Source of the DNA: Octopus vulgaris
Lineage: Eukaryota
Direction: 5' to 3'
Length of the DNA: 64,000 bases
NCBI GenBank assembly: GCA_951406725.2
Contig: OX597826.1
Location: 3,286,001 to 3,350,000, forward strand
The first letter of the stretch is position 1. Every line of letters starts with the position of its first letter. This document shows, in pieces, positions 1 to 13,600 of this stretch. The notes beneath the pieces were generated by a model. It was given only the letters and a program-made list of their open reading frames with translations. It did no database searches and had not been told where the DNA came from. Position numbers and translations under genes: made by a program.

Positions 1-430
1 AGGATTTATTTTTTAATGACACGTTGTATGAGAGGAATTATAATTGTATAGATCGATCTCAGTTAGAATGCTAGATTCTAAAATCACAATCCTTTAAAAT
101 ATCATAGACCAATTCAGCCTTTCATTCGTAATTTGGATTCAATACATTTAACACTCGATTTCTAAGCAAATCTTAGTCCTTCTTTCCTGATATTGTTTAC
201 ACACATTCTGTAGCGATGGAGATCGATACATTCGATCTCATTCATATTCATGGATATTCGAAAACGTTAACCACACTGGGATTTGAATGTAAAACGAAAG
301 AAATAGCAAAGCAATACTAATACTCCTTGTACTTTACTGGCCTCATTAAAAGCCAATATTAATTTAATCTGAATTATAAAATCTGAATGCCAGTGGAGCA
401 CTCAGGTTTACCAACAATCTTATTGACATA

Positions 431-593
431 GGTGCATGAGTGGCTGTGTGGTAAGTAGCTCGCTTACAAACCACATGGTTCCGGGTTCAGTCCCACTGCG
501 TGGCACCTTGGGCAACTGTCTTCTACTGTAGCCCCGGGCCGAGCAGAGCTTTGTAAGTGGATTTGGTAGACGGAAACTGAAAGAAGTCCGTCG

Positions 594-663
<70 letters not shown>

Positions 664-895
664 CATATGCGTGTGTTTCTTTGTGTGTCTCTGTGTTTGT
701 CTCCCGAACATCGGTTGACAACCGATGCTGCTGTGTTTACGTCCCAATCACTTAGCGGTTCGGCAAAAGTTACCGATAGAATAAGTACTAGGCTTACAAA
801 GAGTAAGTCCTGGGGTCGATTTGCTCGACTAAAGGCGGTGCTCCAGCATGGCCGCAGTCAAGTGACTGAAAGAAGTAAAAGAGTAAAAGAGTAAA
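431..895 (+). mobile_element. tRNA-derived SINE, family A (internal TA/TG microsatellite; CR1-like tail)
   Basis: A-box-like TGGCTGTGTGGT and B-box-like GGTTCAGTCCC; tail GGCGGTGCTCCAGCATGGCCGCAGTCAAGTGACTGAAA followed by (GTAAAAGA)n; about 10 homologous copies in the window. Confidence 0.9.
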
Positions 896-1506
896 TATGT
901 GAAGAAATGTATAATTTAAAAGAAAAAGAAACTGTTTAGGTATAAACATAAAAACATTTATTGATTCGATAATGTATGTTCGTTAGACATATGGTAGACG
1001 TATAAAATACCAAGTAACAACAAAATTTTACATTTTTACTTGTTGCAGAGAAAACGTATTGCTAGCAATGGAATCCTCACCTCACGTTATACATAATATG
1101 TATATAGTGTAAATGTGTGTTCCATATAAACGTTTGCCAGAATTAAAAAAAAATTCAGAAGAAAATATATTTAGAAATAGTTATAGGTTTTTCGAGGCTG
1201 TTGGTTCCTTTCGTGTGTAGTCATCGTTTCTCACCGCATGCGACGGATCAATCTACAAGATTATTCAGTTAGTAGTTAGGGGTGAGACATTAGCTCGAAG
1301 GTGCTCTCGCGTGTGTGTAATACGTTCATCTCTACATATTGGTTTCTTTTTGAATACGCGCTGAAATAGAATTTACAACTGTTATTCATTTAGGAATCAA
1401 CAAAGTGTTCAGTGAATATAAACATAATGTAGAAACTTGAAACTATAGAACTTTGAGTATGTGATATCTAAAAAGAAGAAGGGTTGCACGTGGAAATATA
1501 ATAACA

Positions 1507-1719
1507 CTGCTTTCTACTAAAGGCACAAGGCCCGATATTTGTTAGAATGGGACTAGTTAATTACATCGACCACAGTGTCTCATGGTACTTAATTTATCGG
1601 CCCTGAAAGAATGAAAGGCAACGTGTACCTCGGCGGAATTTGAACTCAGAACGTGAGACTGGCGAAATGCCGCTAAGCATTTTGCCCGGTGTGCTAACGA
1701 TTCTGCCACCTCGCTGCCT
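1507..1719 (-). mobile_element. tRNA-derived SINE, family C
   Basis: Reverse complement of head GGCAGCGAGGTGGCAGAATCGTTAGCAC...GAGTTCAAATTCCGCCGAGG and core GCCTTTCATTCTTTCAGGG; many copies in the window. Confidence 0.85.
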
Positions 1720-1952
1720 TACATGGAAATATAATGATACATGGAAATATTAGGTTGAAAACATTGTTCGGATATAAAATTTCGAAGGCAACCATAGGAC
1801 ACGAACCCATGTCACCAGCAGACATGACAGGCATACTACAATCAGACAAATTCAATTATGCTAATTTTGATGTCCATTTCTGAAACTTTAATCGTACCAA
1901 CAAGAAATTTATGTTGTTGCCATCATAAGAATTTAAGACATACACACACGCA

Positions 1953-1984
<32 letters not shown>

Positions 1985-2404
1985 ACACGCATACACACAT
2001 TTTATCAGGTGTGAGTGAAAAAGACAAAAGCATAAATACAAAATGAAAACTAGCATAAGAAATAATGCATTGAAGTTACTCATACAGGTAAGAAGTTGGC
2101 TTAGATTGTACACTTAAGTTTCGATTTCTTCGCGTGTGAGTGGTTCAACCTCCGTATTTTTTTTTTTTTTTACTACAGATTATGGTCACAAAATATTTTT
2201 CCCAAAGCGATAAAAAATGTCTGAATTTCACGTCTTCAAAGATTTCCCTGATAATAATTGTATATATTTAATGATATTGCATTCCAAAATCCAGTAATTA
2301 CCAAGCTCATTATTACAACAATTTCACTGTCCTTAAAATCTGACGTCCATTAACAAAATGACTTCTTAGAAACGTTCACTTTCTATTTTAAATATATCAG
2401 CCAA

Positions 2405-2405
<1 letters not shown>

Positions 2406-2473
<68 letters not shown>
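2406..2473. repeat. (ATT)n microsatellite
   Basis: Perfect trinucleotide run. Confidence 0.97.
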
Positions 2474-2846
2474 TTGAATATGGTCAAATTGAAAACACAT
2501 TAAACGCATTTACACTTATTCTATATAGAATTTGATGTATTTAATCGTTCATGTGCCCAAATAATTGGATGTAATCTATGACATTTTCTTTCAGACTGTT
2601 GCAAGGAAATATGAAGTACTTGCCTAGTTTTTAACACAACTTCAAACAGCAGCCATCGAAACCGATGCTTCTTGTGAGTTCGCTAATTACGGATCAAACA
2701 AAAGTGTCATCTTTTCATTTTCCTTCACTTACAGCTCAAATGTTGCGCCTGTGGTATTTGCACATTCCATTCTAAATCATATACATAAGTGCATAATTAC
2801 ATATACATATATACATACATACATATATGTATACACATATGTGTAT

Positions 2847-2904
<58 letters not shown>

Positions 2905-3139
2905 CTGTTTATATATAATATATAATATTAGGGAGTAAATCCAAACTTACAGGGAAAAATTAGATTTAGGATTTCACAGTATAAATATGGACGTAAATAT
3001 ATATTTTTCCTAATATTTGAGTGGTGGTAAAAAAGTTACCAATAGTTTCATGCAAGCCATTTGTACTGACATATATGCATACACACGTAAACACACACAC
3101 ACATACACGGACACACACACACACACACATACATATACA

Positions 3140-3653
3140 CCGTAAATCCATGAGTGTAATCCGCATTTTTTTCCCAAAATTTAAAGGTCAAAATCCATAC
3201 TTCGTACTATATACGAGGTTAAAAATGAAAAAAGTATTTTCTAAGCAATGTCCAAGTCTCTATTTACTGTCCGGCAATTTTTATTCAGACGCATCTTATG
3301 ATGTCGGGCGCGAAAATACCTTAAGCTAAACCTGGATGCAATGAAGTCATAAAAGAATCATCCATAACTTGCAGTAAGCAACATTCATTAAACGTTATTA
3401 CTGTTATTTCTTTATTTTCTGCAAACAAAATGCACGAAAAAGCTACACGTTTGCATTATGTTATATATACAATAATAATAAAGGACGTTACCGTATACAT
3501 TTTTACAAGGCAAGGACGTTATATAGACCTCCTCGACTCAAGTTAGAGAAGAAGTGCGTATTATACACAAGGTTTAGGTTTTTCAGAAGTACAGCCCCCT
3601 AAAAATCCCCTGCGTATTATACTCAAGGGCGAACTATAGTCGAGGATTTACGG
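3140..3653. mobile_element. Non-autonomous TIR DNA transposon (MITE, Tc1/mariner-pogo type)
   Basis: Imperfect TIRs CCGTAAATCCATGAGTGTAA and CTATAGTCGAGGATTTACGG; TA on the right flank and CA on the left; subterminal repeated GCGTATTATAC; no ORF. Confidence 0.8.
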
Positions 3654-3974
3654 TATATGTCATTATTAAGTTTTAATTCAAGATTTCTTGCCAAGTGAGG
3701 TGTCCGTTTCTAACCTACATTCACGGCTCCTACATTGGAATTTACAAAACATCAACACGGTATTTTCGAATGTATGTATGTGTATGAGCAGATTTCTAAG
3801 TTTAGCATTACGCATGTGTGTATGCATAGCAGACAAATCATATGATCTTTGTCAATGACCGACAAAGACAATGCAATATCTTAGAATGACCGTTGATCTC
3901 TAGCTGGTGATCTGCATGGAGATTTTCAAAGATATCCCCAAAGTATCCCGGACGAGCCCCACTACAATTTTTAA

Positions 3975-4155
3975 GGCGCAGGAGTGGCTGTGTGGTAAGT
4001 AGCTTGCTTACCAACCACATGGTTCCGGGTTCAGTCCCGCTGCGTGGCACCTTGGGCAAATGTCTTCTACTATAGCCTCGGGCCGACATTGTGAGTGGAT
4101 TTGGTAGGCGGAAACTGAAAGAGTTCCGTCGTATATATACGGCATTCACTGCAGA

Positions 4156-4195
<40 letters not shown>

Positions 4196-4406
4196 TGTGT
4201 GTGTGTTTGCATGTCTGTGTCTGTCCCCCCAACATCGCTTGAAAACCAATGCTAGTGTGTTTCCGTCCCCCTAACTTAGCGGTTCGGAAAGAGAAACCAA
4301 TAGAATAAGTACCAGGCTTACAAAGAATAAGTCCTGGGGTCAATTTGCTCGACTAAAGACTGTGCACCAGCATGGCCAATGTAAATTGACTGAAACAAAT
4401 AAGTAA
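3975..4406 (+). mobile_element. SINE family A
   Basis: Full-length homolog of 431-895. Confidence 0.9.
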
Positions 4407-4658
4407 GGCATATATACCATACCCAATATGACGCTTGTTATACCTGATCATATTTAAAATTATAAAAAATTCAAATCATTAAAAAATACGATTGTTTATA
4501 GTAAATGTTTGCAGATCAAGCATTATATTTCACGACGGTTCACATTCCTCTTAGTTCTTCCGTTTGAGCGGTGTTACAGGAGCTATATTGCCTCAAAATA
4601 CCAAGCGCCATATGTCTACCCATCACACAGTAGATTTAAGCTTACTATATACCATCGT

Positions 4659-4984
4659 GGAGGCGCAATGGCCCAGTGGTTAGGGCAGCGGACTCTCGGT
4701 CGGAGGATCGCGGTTTCAATTCTCAGACCGGGCGTTGTATGTGTTTATTGAGCAAAAACACTTAGAGCTCCGCGAATCTCCGGCAGTGGGGGGTGGGTGG
4801 CGAACCCCTGTTGTACTCTTTCGCTCAAACTTTCTCTCATTCTCACTTCCTGTTTCTTGAGTAAAGCTGCGATAGACTGGTGTCTCGTCCAGCTGGGGGG
4901 AACACATACGCCACAGAAACCGCCTGGCTAGACTTGAAAAGGGCGCATAAATAATAAAATAAATAAATAAATAAATAAATATAA
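4659..4984 (+). mobile_element. tRNA-derived SINE, family B, tail type 1
   Basis: Head GGCGCAATGGCCCAGTGGTTAGGGCAGCGGAC...GGTTTCAATTC with A and B boxes; (TAAA)n tail. Confidence 0.88.
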
Positions 4985-5317
4985 CCATCACACTTATTTA
5001 TAAAACCTCTTTGCTGTACAGCTTGGTTCTACGACGTCGCTTTAATTCGACTTTGATCATCTTTGTTTTAATTCTAGCGAATCCTTCCCATCAGACTCGT
5101 CTCGCCTTGGTTTAACCGTTTACCCGCTGACGCCCTACCAAGGTTGTCATTGAAATGGGATACATGTTACATGGGATACATGATTATTCATACACATGCA
5201 TAGATACAGACATATATGTGTGTGCGTTTCCATGGATGTATGTAGGTGCTTATGTATGTAAATCAGTGCGACCGTGAGCGGTTATAAGCATATATATATA
5301 TATATATATATATATAC

Positions 5318-5601
5318 CACGTGATCACGTGACCGACCAGACCATCAGATGTTGTTACACATCGCCGGTCACAATGCGTTCGCATTGTTTTAGCCTTCGA
5401 ATGACGCCACCCCGCTGGCTAAGCTAGCAGGCCAACAGAAGAAAGAGTGGGTGAAAGGGTGGTGAAAGAGTACAGCTGGGATTACCACCCCCTGCCAGAG
5501 TCTCGTGGAGCTTTTAGGTGTTTTCGCTCAATAAACACACACAACGCCCGGTCTGGGAATCGAAACCGCGATCCTGCGACCGCGAGTCCGCTGCCCTAAC
5601 C
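5318..5601 (-). mobile_element. SINE family B, tail type 2
   Basis: Family B head in reverse orientation; different 3' half, matching 32889-33008. Confidence 0.85.
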
Positions 5602-5602
5602 T

Positions 5603-5636
<34 letters not shown>

Positions 5637-5637
<1 letters not shown>

Positions 5638-6090
5638 CAAGGAAAAATTGTAAAAATGCAGAATGCTAAATTGAAAGAAAATTTTAATGAAATGAGAAAT
5701 TGAAAAAATATATAAATATATATTTATTCAAACCGGTTTTCGTCATAGTTTTACTTATCAAGAATAGTTAGGTAAAAAAAGTTTTTTTTTAAATGTGAAA
5801 GGGGAAAAAAGAAAGTTGCATTGTTATTTGCAAAATAATAATTATTATTATTCTTTTGCAAAAAACAATGCAACTTTTTTCCCCTTTCACATTTAAAAAA
5901 AACTTTTTTTACCTAACTATTCTTGATAAGTAAAACTATGACGAAAACCGGTTTGAATAAATATATATTTATATATTTTTTCAATTTCTCATTTCATTAA
6001 AATTTTCTTTCAATTTAGCATTCTGCATTTTTACAATTTTTCCTTGCTTATCATTTCTCCACGTGCGGTCAACACAACCCCACCAGTTAT
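5637..6090 (+). mobile_element. About 410-bp near-perfect palindrome (5637-6047) plus a unique tail; hammerhead-bearing Penelope pLTR-like insertion
   Basis: Arms of about 200 bp are reverse complements around a short AAT/ATT centre; each arm carries a hammerhead-like motif; inserted in (TA)n. Confidence 0.7.
5918..5959 (+). ncRNA. Minimal type I hammerhead-like motif (U3:A8 core variant)
   Basis: TATTC-TTGATAA-GTaaaactatgAC-GAAA-ACCGGT-TT-GAATA: helix I TATTC/GAATA, palindromic helix III, weak helix II; mirrored on the minus strand in the left arm. Confidence 0.55.
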
Positions 6091-6093
6091 TGA

Positions 6094-6512
<419 letters not shown>

Positions 6513-6742
6513 GGCGGCGAGCTGGCAGAGACGTTAGCGCGCCGGGCGAAATGGTTACCAGTATTTCGTCTGCCTTTACGTTCAGTGTTCAAATTCCGCC
6601 GTGACCAACTTTGCCTTTGATCCTTACGGGGTCGATTAAATAATAGCCAGTTGCGTACTGGGATCTATGTAATCGACTTAATCCCTTTGTCGCTCCTTGT
6701 TTGTTCCCTCTATGTTTAGCCCCCTGTGCGCAATAAAGAAAC
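6513..6742 (+). mobile_element. SINE family C
   Basis: GGCGGCGAGCTGGCAGAGACGTTAGC head, GTTCAAATTCC B-box, tail ending AATAAAGAAA. Confidence 0.88.
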
Positions 6743-6792
6743 ATATATATATATATATATACACATATATATATATATACATATATATATAT

Positions 6793-6879
<87 letters not shown>

Positions 6880-6971
6880 AGGAGGTAGAAACAATAGAAT
6901 TAGATGCTCAGACATGAAAGAACTTCATTAAGAACCTCAGCCATATGTATGTCAACGCTCGGCCACAGAGG

Positions 6972-7034
<63 letters not shown>

Positions 7035-7614
7035 TTACTCAGTTCAGTCTATTATATGTTAAGCACATATACATTCATGCCATATACGTCTCAGGATATG
7101 CATTTATATATACATGTGTGAACATGCGTGTGTGTTCATGTGTGTGTGTGTGTTCATGTGTGTGCTCATTTGTGCGTTCGCTTGTGTATGTACAAGTACA
7201 ATCTGAAGGATCAACGCATGATCTCACCCAAAGTATACGTTAGTGCCCTACTGCCTGTATCGAAAATCAATCATTTATTATTTGAAGTCAGATCATACTC
7301 GGTCTGACATTTTTTCAGTGGAACAATACGAAAAAAAAAAAGCTTGATAAACATTGAGCTTGATATAGGCAGGTGACAAAAGGTTGTTTTCTGCGATTTC
7401 TTGCATACGATACATTTTATTTCTGTCAGCAAATTTCACTTGCTTGGAATCAGGGGGATGAGAAACAAACCTGTTAATATTTCCCCCTCTTTAATATTCA
7501 TATCCACACGTTCCATGAACTGCATACGTTAATTCAAATTGCATTTCTTTCTTTCTGAGTTTTTCTTCTCTCCTTTCGTACTTTTCTTCAGATGTATCCA
7601 TGCATCTGCGTGGC

Positions 7615-7672
<58 letters not shown>

Positions 7673-7995
7673 TATATATATATATGTGCATATATATATG
7701 CATATATATATATATATATATATATGCTTGTATGTATGTATAGTGTGTGTATATCTATACGTATATATACTTATGAGTATAATATACGCGCATATGTACT
7801 GAGATGTTTTCAATGTATGTTCGTGCATGTTCTATACATTATTCCGATTCCTCAGCCTCGCATGTCTAACTGCATCTTATATTTTTGGATATTACGGTTA
7901 CTAGATGAATATTTATTGCATACACTGTTCACTGTATCTAATGCCATGCGAGTATTAGCATGTTTCTTTTGGCTTATCTGTCAATCTGCTAGTGT

Positions 7996-8051
<56 letters not shown>

Positions 8052-9473
8052 GTACAACTAAACACACGCACATCAAGCACCCACGCAAAAACACACAAAC
8101 ACGTACAGACAGAGAGGTGCACGCACAATTTCCACACGTCACATAAACACAGACACACACACACATACAAACATACACGCGCACACACGCACATTGCTTG
8201 CATACAATTAAATCCCATGCACACACTATTTTCATATACATTTAATAAAATTCACAGTAAAATAACACCTCCTTACACACTAATAAACATATATACACAC
8301 TCACATACATATATACATACATACATACACACATATATATGGACATGTTGACATATATATATATATATATATATAATATATATTTACATATTTATATGCA
8401 TGTACATATATATGCGTGTATAAATATGTTATGTATATATACGCAAGTGTTGATATATAAATCCATGTATATGTGCATATTTGCGTATTTGTATATATAT
8501 ATATATTTATTTATATATTTATACATATGCATATTTTTGCACATACTGATGTATATGTGTGTATGCATCTGTATGTGTGTGTGTGTATGTGTGTGTGTGA
8601 ATGTGCGTGTATGGACATGTTTACACTACCAAACAAACATCATCCCGATATAACAGCATTCGAACACACACATACACAAACACATACACACACATACATA
8701 CTCACACACACACACAAACATACGAGCACTCATAGAATCACACACAAGCACAGAACATATATAGTATTCTAATGATCTGTACGTTTACTAAAAGCTGATT
8801 ATTGATCAGAAATACGTTAAATTCCTGGCAGATGTCTCCATACTTTGGGGTCATTTATACAGTTATCGTTAAAGTTCCTGTAATATTTCCTTTCAGCAGT
8901 AAAGTAGGTGTGCAGCTGTTGCCATTCCGTTTATATAAACCATATTCCCCTCGATATCCTACAGTTTCTCGTTTAATAATTTTACTTTAATAGGTTTCGT
9001 CGCTTTTAAGATAGTGGTCCATATATCGAGAACACATGTGTATGCATATACACACATATATATATATAAATGTGTATATGTATATATATATATATAAGCA
9101 TATACATATACACACACATATATATATATATACATATATATATATACATGCATACAGTTTTACACGTATATATGTATATGTGTGTGTATTTATATATACA
9201 CATAGATAAATAAATATACGTTTATTTGAACGTATATATTTTCGTACATTTATAAAAATGATATAAAATCATACGTTTTTAAATCGGTTCATACAGGTTT
9301 ATCCATATGTACGTATATACCTAACTACCCGCTTACATATATACATACTTGCATACATACATAGATACATAGTGCGCATACATATGCCTGCATATGTTAT
9401 GCGTTGCCTGTATTATGTAATTACAATATGCTATTGGGCTTATTAATATATATATAGTATGTAGTGGATAGTA

Positions 9474-9759
9474 GGCACATGGCCTAGTGGTTAGTGCATC
9501 GGACTCGCGGTCGAGGGATTGCAGTTTCGAATCTCAGACTGGTCGATGTGTGCGTGTATGAGCGAAACGCCTAAGCCTCACGCGGCTCCGGAAGAAATTG
9601 ATAGCAAACTTCTGCTGACTCTTTCGCCACTACTTTCTCTCACTCCTTCATCCTGCATCTTGCATCTCACCAGCGTCCCGTCCAGGTGGGGAACCTATAC
9701 GCCAAAGAAACCGGGAAACCGGCCCTTATGAGCCAGACATGGCTCGAAAAGGAACAAAC

Positions 9760-9760
<1 letters not shown>
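9474..9760 (+). mobile_element. SINE family B, tail type 1-like (diverged)
   Basis: TGGCCTAGTGGTTAG...GGACTCGCGGTCG head; GAAACCGGGAAACCGGCCC tail similar to the 42097 copy. Confidence 0.8.
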
Positions 9761-9792
<32 letters not shown>

Positions 9793-10449
9793 TGTTTGTT
9801 CCTTCTATGAACTAATTTCACATATAGATCAAACAACTTTGTCGATGATCGATTCCTCAACATGTAGGTATCAGTCAATCAAGCTGTAATAAAAATATTT
9901 CCTAATTTTATTAATAACTCTTTGTATCTGTATCAACGTCAAATACCTCCCTTCTTCACGAAAATAGCGAATATACGCAAGTCATACATTTTATCTTACT
10001 GAAGCAAGTAGCAGTGGCATACTGATTTGATGATATCTTCATTGCAAAAAAAATTGTGACATTCTGCATATGCTACAGCTCTATGTAGTGTCATTCATAG
10101 TCCTTTTTTTTTAAATTGTATTTATGGCATTTTCTGTTTTGTGTTAACATCTCCCTAGACGTCTGATTTCTCTGCTCATACTTTAAGGCGCAGCAAAATA
10201 GACAGAAATAAATAACAATACGTAGTCCAGTGCTCCACTTATAACTTATTCCCTCAAACTGCTTTATGTGTATACAAGAAAAATGTAGGAAAATCCTTGT
10301 CTCAACACGCCATGCGTCTTTTACTCAGGTGGCCAACATTATATTGTGTACCGCTAGACACCCCAGCGTATTCGACTTGATCCAGTTTTAATAAAATATA
10401 CACCTTTCAACTCTGTGGTTGATTAAATCACCTATCCACTTTATCAAGA

Positions 10450-10690
10450 ATTAAAAACCGTCTGTATTTAAGCATTCGATTTCTCTCGATTTGTATATAG
10501 CTTACATAGTTTGAGGCGTTTTCATGATATCACGGGAATTTGTTTGGTCATAGGATTAGAAATATTACAATCGTTCTAGATATTAAAATAGGATATGCAG
10601 GCTGAATTTTTAGATCGTCAAATCCTGCTGCAGTGTCATAATAGGGCCGATGGTATTGTCTAATCGCCACTTAAATTTTGTGCTAGAGGA
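10450..10690 (-). pseudogene. Possible highly decayed C-terminus of a Penelope-like ORF
   Basis: Frameshifted minus-strand translation KWRLDNTIGP.YDTAAGF resembles the W.I...A.PY....C.LC end of PLE endonuclease domains; weak. Confidence 0.25.
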
Positions 10691-13600
10691 CAAATATACA
10701 TATCACGGGATATTCGTTCTTATAATAAGATAAAGCATAAAGGAAGGCTTCTCGCATAAACATTCTCAGTAGCACTACGTATTTGTGTACCTGCGTGAGT
10801 GTGCTTGTGTGTGTGTAAGTTCTAGTATATTTGATAATTAAGGGACTGTATGTCGCTACACCAAGTTACTGTTGCTTCTGTCGCCTTGAACGATATTGCT
10901 AGAATGATCTCACGAACGAAAAGTTCGAGCGCATCTCTATCGTTTTGAATTTAGTTAGGAATTGTTGTGAATTCAAAAGAATTGATTACGTTTCTGCTAC
11001 CCTTTCGTATTTCTGCTAGTGTCGTTTCAGTTGCACAATGGTTTTTATTTCGATGTTGTTATTCAATTTTCTGTGACATTGATGTCGTAGAACCAATAAT
11101 ATTACGACAACAACCAACTTCAATTATATGTAGAAATCTGTTGCAGTGTTTACAGTTGTAGCATGTTTCTTATCTGGTATTACACGTCGACGACCGCTAA
11201 GCTTATGAAGTGATAGAGTCTCTGAAAGCACCTAGTTCAGACACGACATATTATTATCGATTCGTTTAGGTGTAGGATTTTAGTTTCTAGTGCGGAGCTG
11301 ATCATGGATGCTGTTTTTATTATGTTCTCAATCTACTTGAATGTCGTCACCTGAGAACATTGAATAATATAGCGTATATTAATGACTTCAAACAACTCGG
11401 TCATACATTTACAAATCGTTTACATCAACGCAACATCTTAGTCTCTCTGCCGCATATAAAAAAAGCAAATAAATCAAGAGATAATGAGAAATATTTCCCA
11501 AACATTTTATGAGAAATCTTGGACCGAGCACCAACCTCAAGGTTCATTTCATCTTTCTTCACTTGAAAATAAAAATAAAAGCAGATTGAACATTAATCTG
11601 ATACCAAATACTGAAATTCCTTCTGATAAAATTAAAAAGGAAAAGGGTTCGCCGGATTAACGTTTCAATTTTTCAGTCGCTATCCTTTCTTCTCTGCAAG
11701 TCACTGGTGTGTGTCAGCAACCAAAGCAACGCGGGTGCATCCTTCCTTTATGATTATATAATCAAGCTTAAAACACGCACACATCCATATACTGATGCAC
11801 AAGGCACACATAAACATACATATATACACAAACACTAACACACACAATACATACACACATTTGCACAGACATTCTCTCTCTCTCTCTCTCGCACACACAC
11901 ACACACACACACACACTCATCTCTTCCCGACTGGCTATGCTGGTTAGAAATACTTTTATTTATTTATCCATCTCTAAAAGGGAGGACACGTGGGATATTA
12001 ATTCAGTTATTCATAGAATAATATTTCATTACATTTGTTCCGTAATAAATGTTTATCAAATTATGATCAAAATTGTTCTTTATACTTTTATGAAACACAA
12101 TTGCATAAACGGTTATTTATATCGTAAAATAATATTAGTTCAATTAGGTCGAAAATACGTCACAATGGTACGTCATGTGTGTATTTGTCGATGAAATCCG
12201 ACTGGAAGTTTTTTCACAGATAATGATATTTCCTGTTCCCTTCCACAGATAACGCCCTTGATAAAGACACGAACGACAACAAAGCAAGTTTAACTCCGCA
12301 TATATATTTCTGGTGTATTGCCAAAATGAAAAGGAAATAGCTTTTGACACAAGATGATGAAAGCATATTGTGTGCGTTTTTTTCTGCTAGAACTGGAAGA
12401 GTGTCTTGCATTTGCCAGTCTCTCCAAATCCAGTTTAATATTCTTCGGAATATTTCCCTGTGGACTGTTACAAGAACAAAAATGCATGAGGGTGGACAGA
12501 ATCTGGTGGATGAAGAGGTGAGGTTCTGAAGAGGTGGAGTTTTCGGCGGGAAAGTGGTGAAGTTTGGAGGGGTGGAGGATATATGGATAATACAGTGAGC
12601 AATGACGAAAGCTCGCAAAGAAACATTTAGCCAGATAACTCTGAAGAAATAGTAACAGTAGTTAAGATAGAAAATCAGAGGGATACGATAGCACGTCTAT
12701 AGATCAAATGCTGGTCTGTTTGTGAAAGACATTCTGCTACTCAAGCCTGTGGTTATACAATGATGCGGTGTAATATGCCTCTGTGTTTGCAACAAAATTT
12801 TGTCCGAAATACGGTTGGACATAGTGTATAACAACTTAGTTTATTAGAGGAATAGTAGTTGGTTGAGAATGGTGATTTTATGATTCTGGAAAGGACTGTC
12901 GTTGTATGAAGTTACTGTGCGGTTTCCATGTCGGTACAGCGTTTTTGAAATATTAAGGAAGAGAGGTTGAAGAGTTTAAAGAAAGGAGAGACTACTTCAA
13001 ATACAGTGTTAGAAATGGAATTACATTTTCAAAACCGATGTTCCTTTTGATTGGACGTGACATTAGCTATTCTCTGCTTAATGGGCATTTGTATATCGTT
13101 GTGAAAGCCTTAAAGATTATAAATAAATAATTTTAAAGTGGAATTTATCTAGTATGAACAATGTTGATTTCATTGCAAACATGGCAATCAATAAGAAGAC
13201 AGGAATGGATTGTAGAGTATAGAACTATGCGTCCAAGTTCCTAGAAGGCCTTTTGGCAAGAAATCAAGGAACTCTGCAGCGGTTTTGGTAGAGTGAAACT
13301 ATTGATGGTTGTACTATTTTGTCTGAAGACCAGGCCTAAAATATGACAGACTGTCACTTCCACTCTTTCCTGAGCCCAACTGATCACGGGTCTGTTGATA
13401 GAAAGCGCAGAAACAAAGACGAGAGGTATTGTCTTGCTCTCAATTATAATTGTTATAATTGGCTCTACAAATTGCAGTAACCATTTTCTCTGTGTATATA
13501 GAAGAATCCATTAGTCGACCGACAATTTTGGTTATGAAATATTCGTGTGTCTCTTCCGCTAATAACCTTGGAATAATTGCTTAGGATGTGAGTGAAAATC

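Noticed and set aside
1787-1840. tRNA-like fragment on the minus strand (CTGTCAT loop, GGGTTCG B-box)
   Set aside because: No complete cloverleaf; at best a decayed tRNA or SINE head.
4659-4735. SINE heads called as tRNA genes
   Set aside because: Acceptor stems are imperfect and the heads continue into multi-copy SINE bodies.
11090-11360. Minus-strand YNCKHCNR motif suggesting an RTE C-terminal zinc finger
   Set aside because: Too short and degenerate to assign.
12200-13100. Possible decayed LTR gag/protease (Cys-rich stretch, DSG..TVVV, LIGRD)
   Set aside because: Motifs are fragmentary across frames and no LTRs were seen; needs a profile search.
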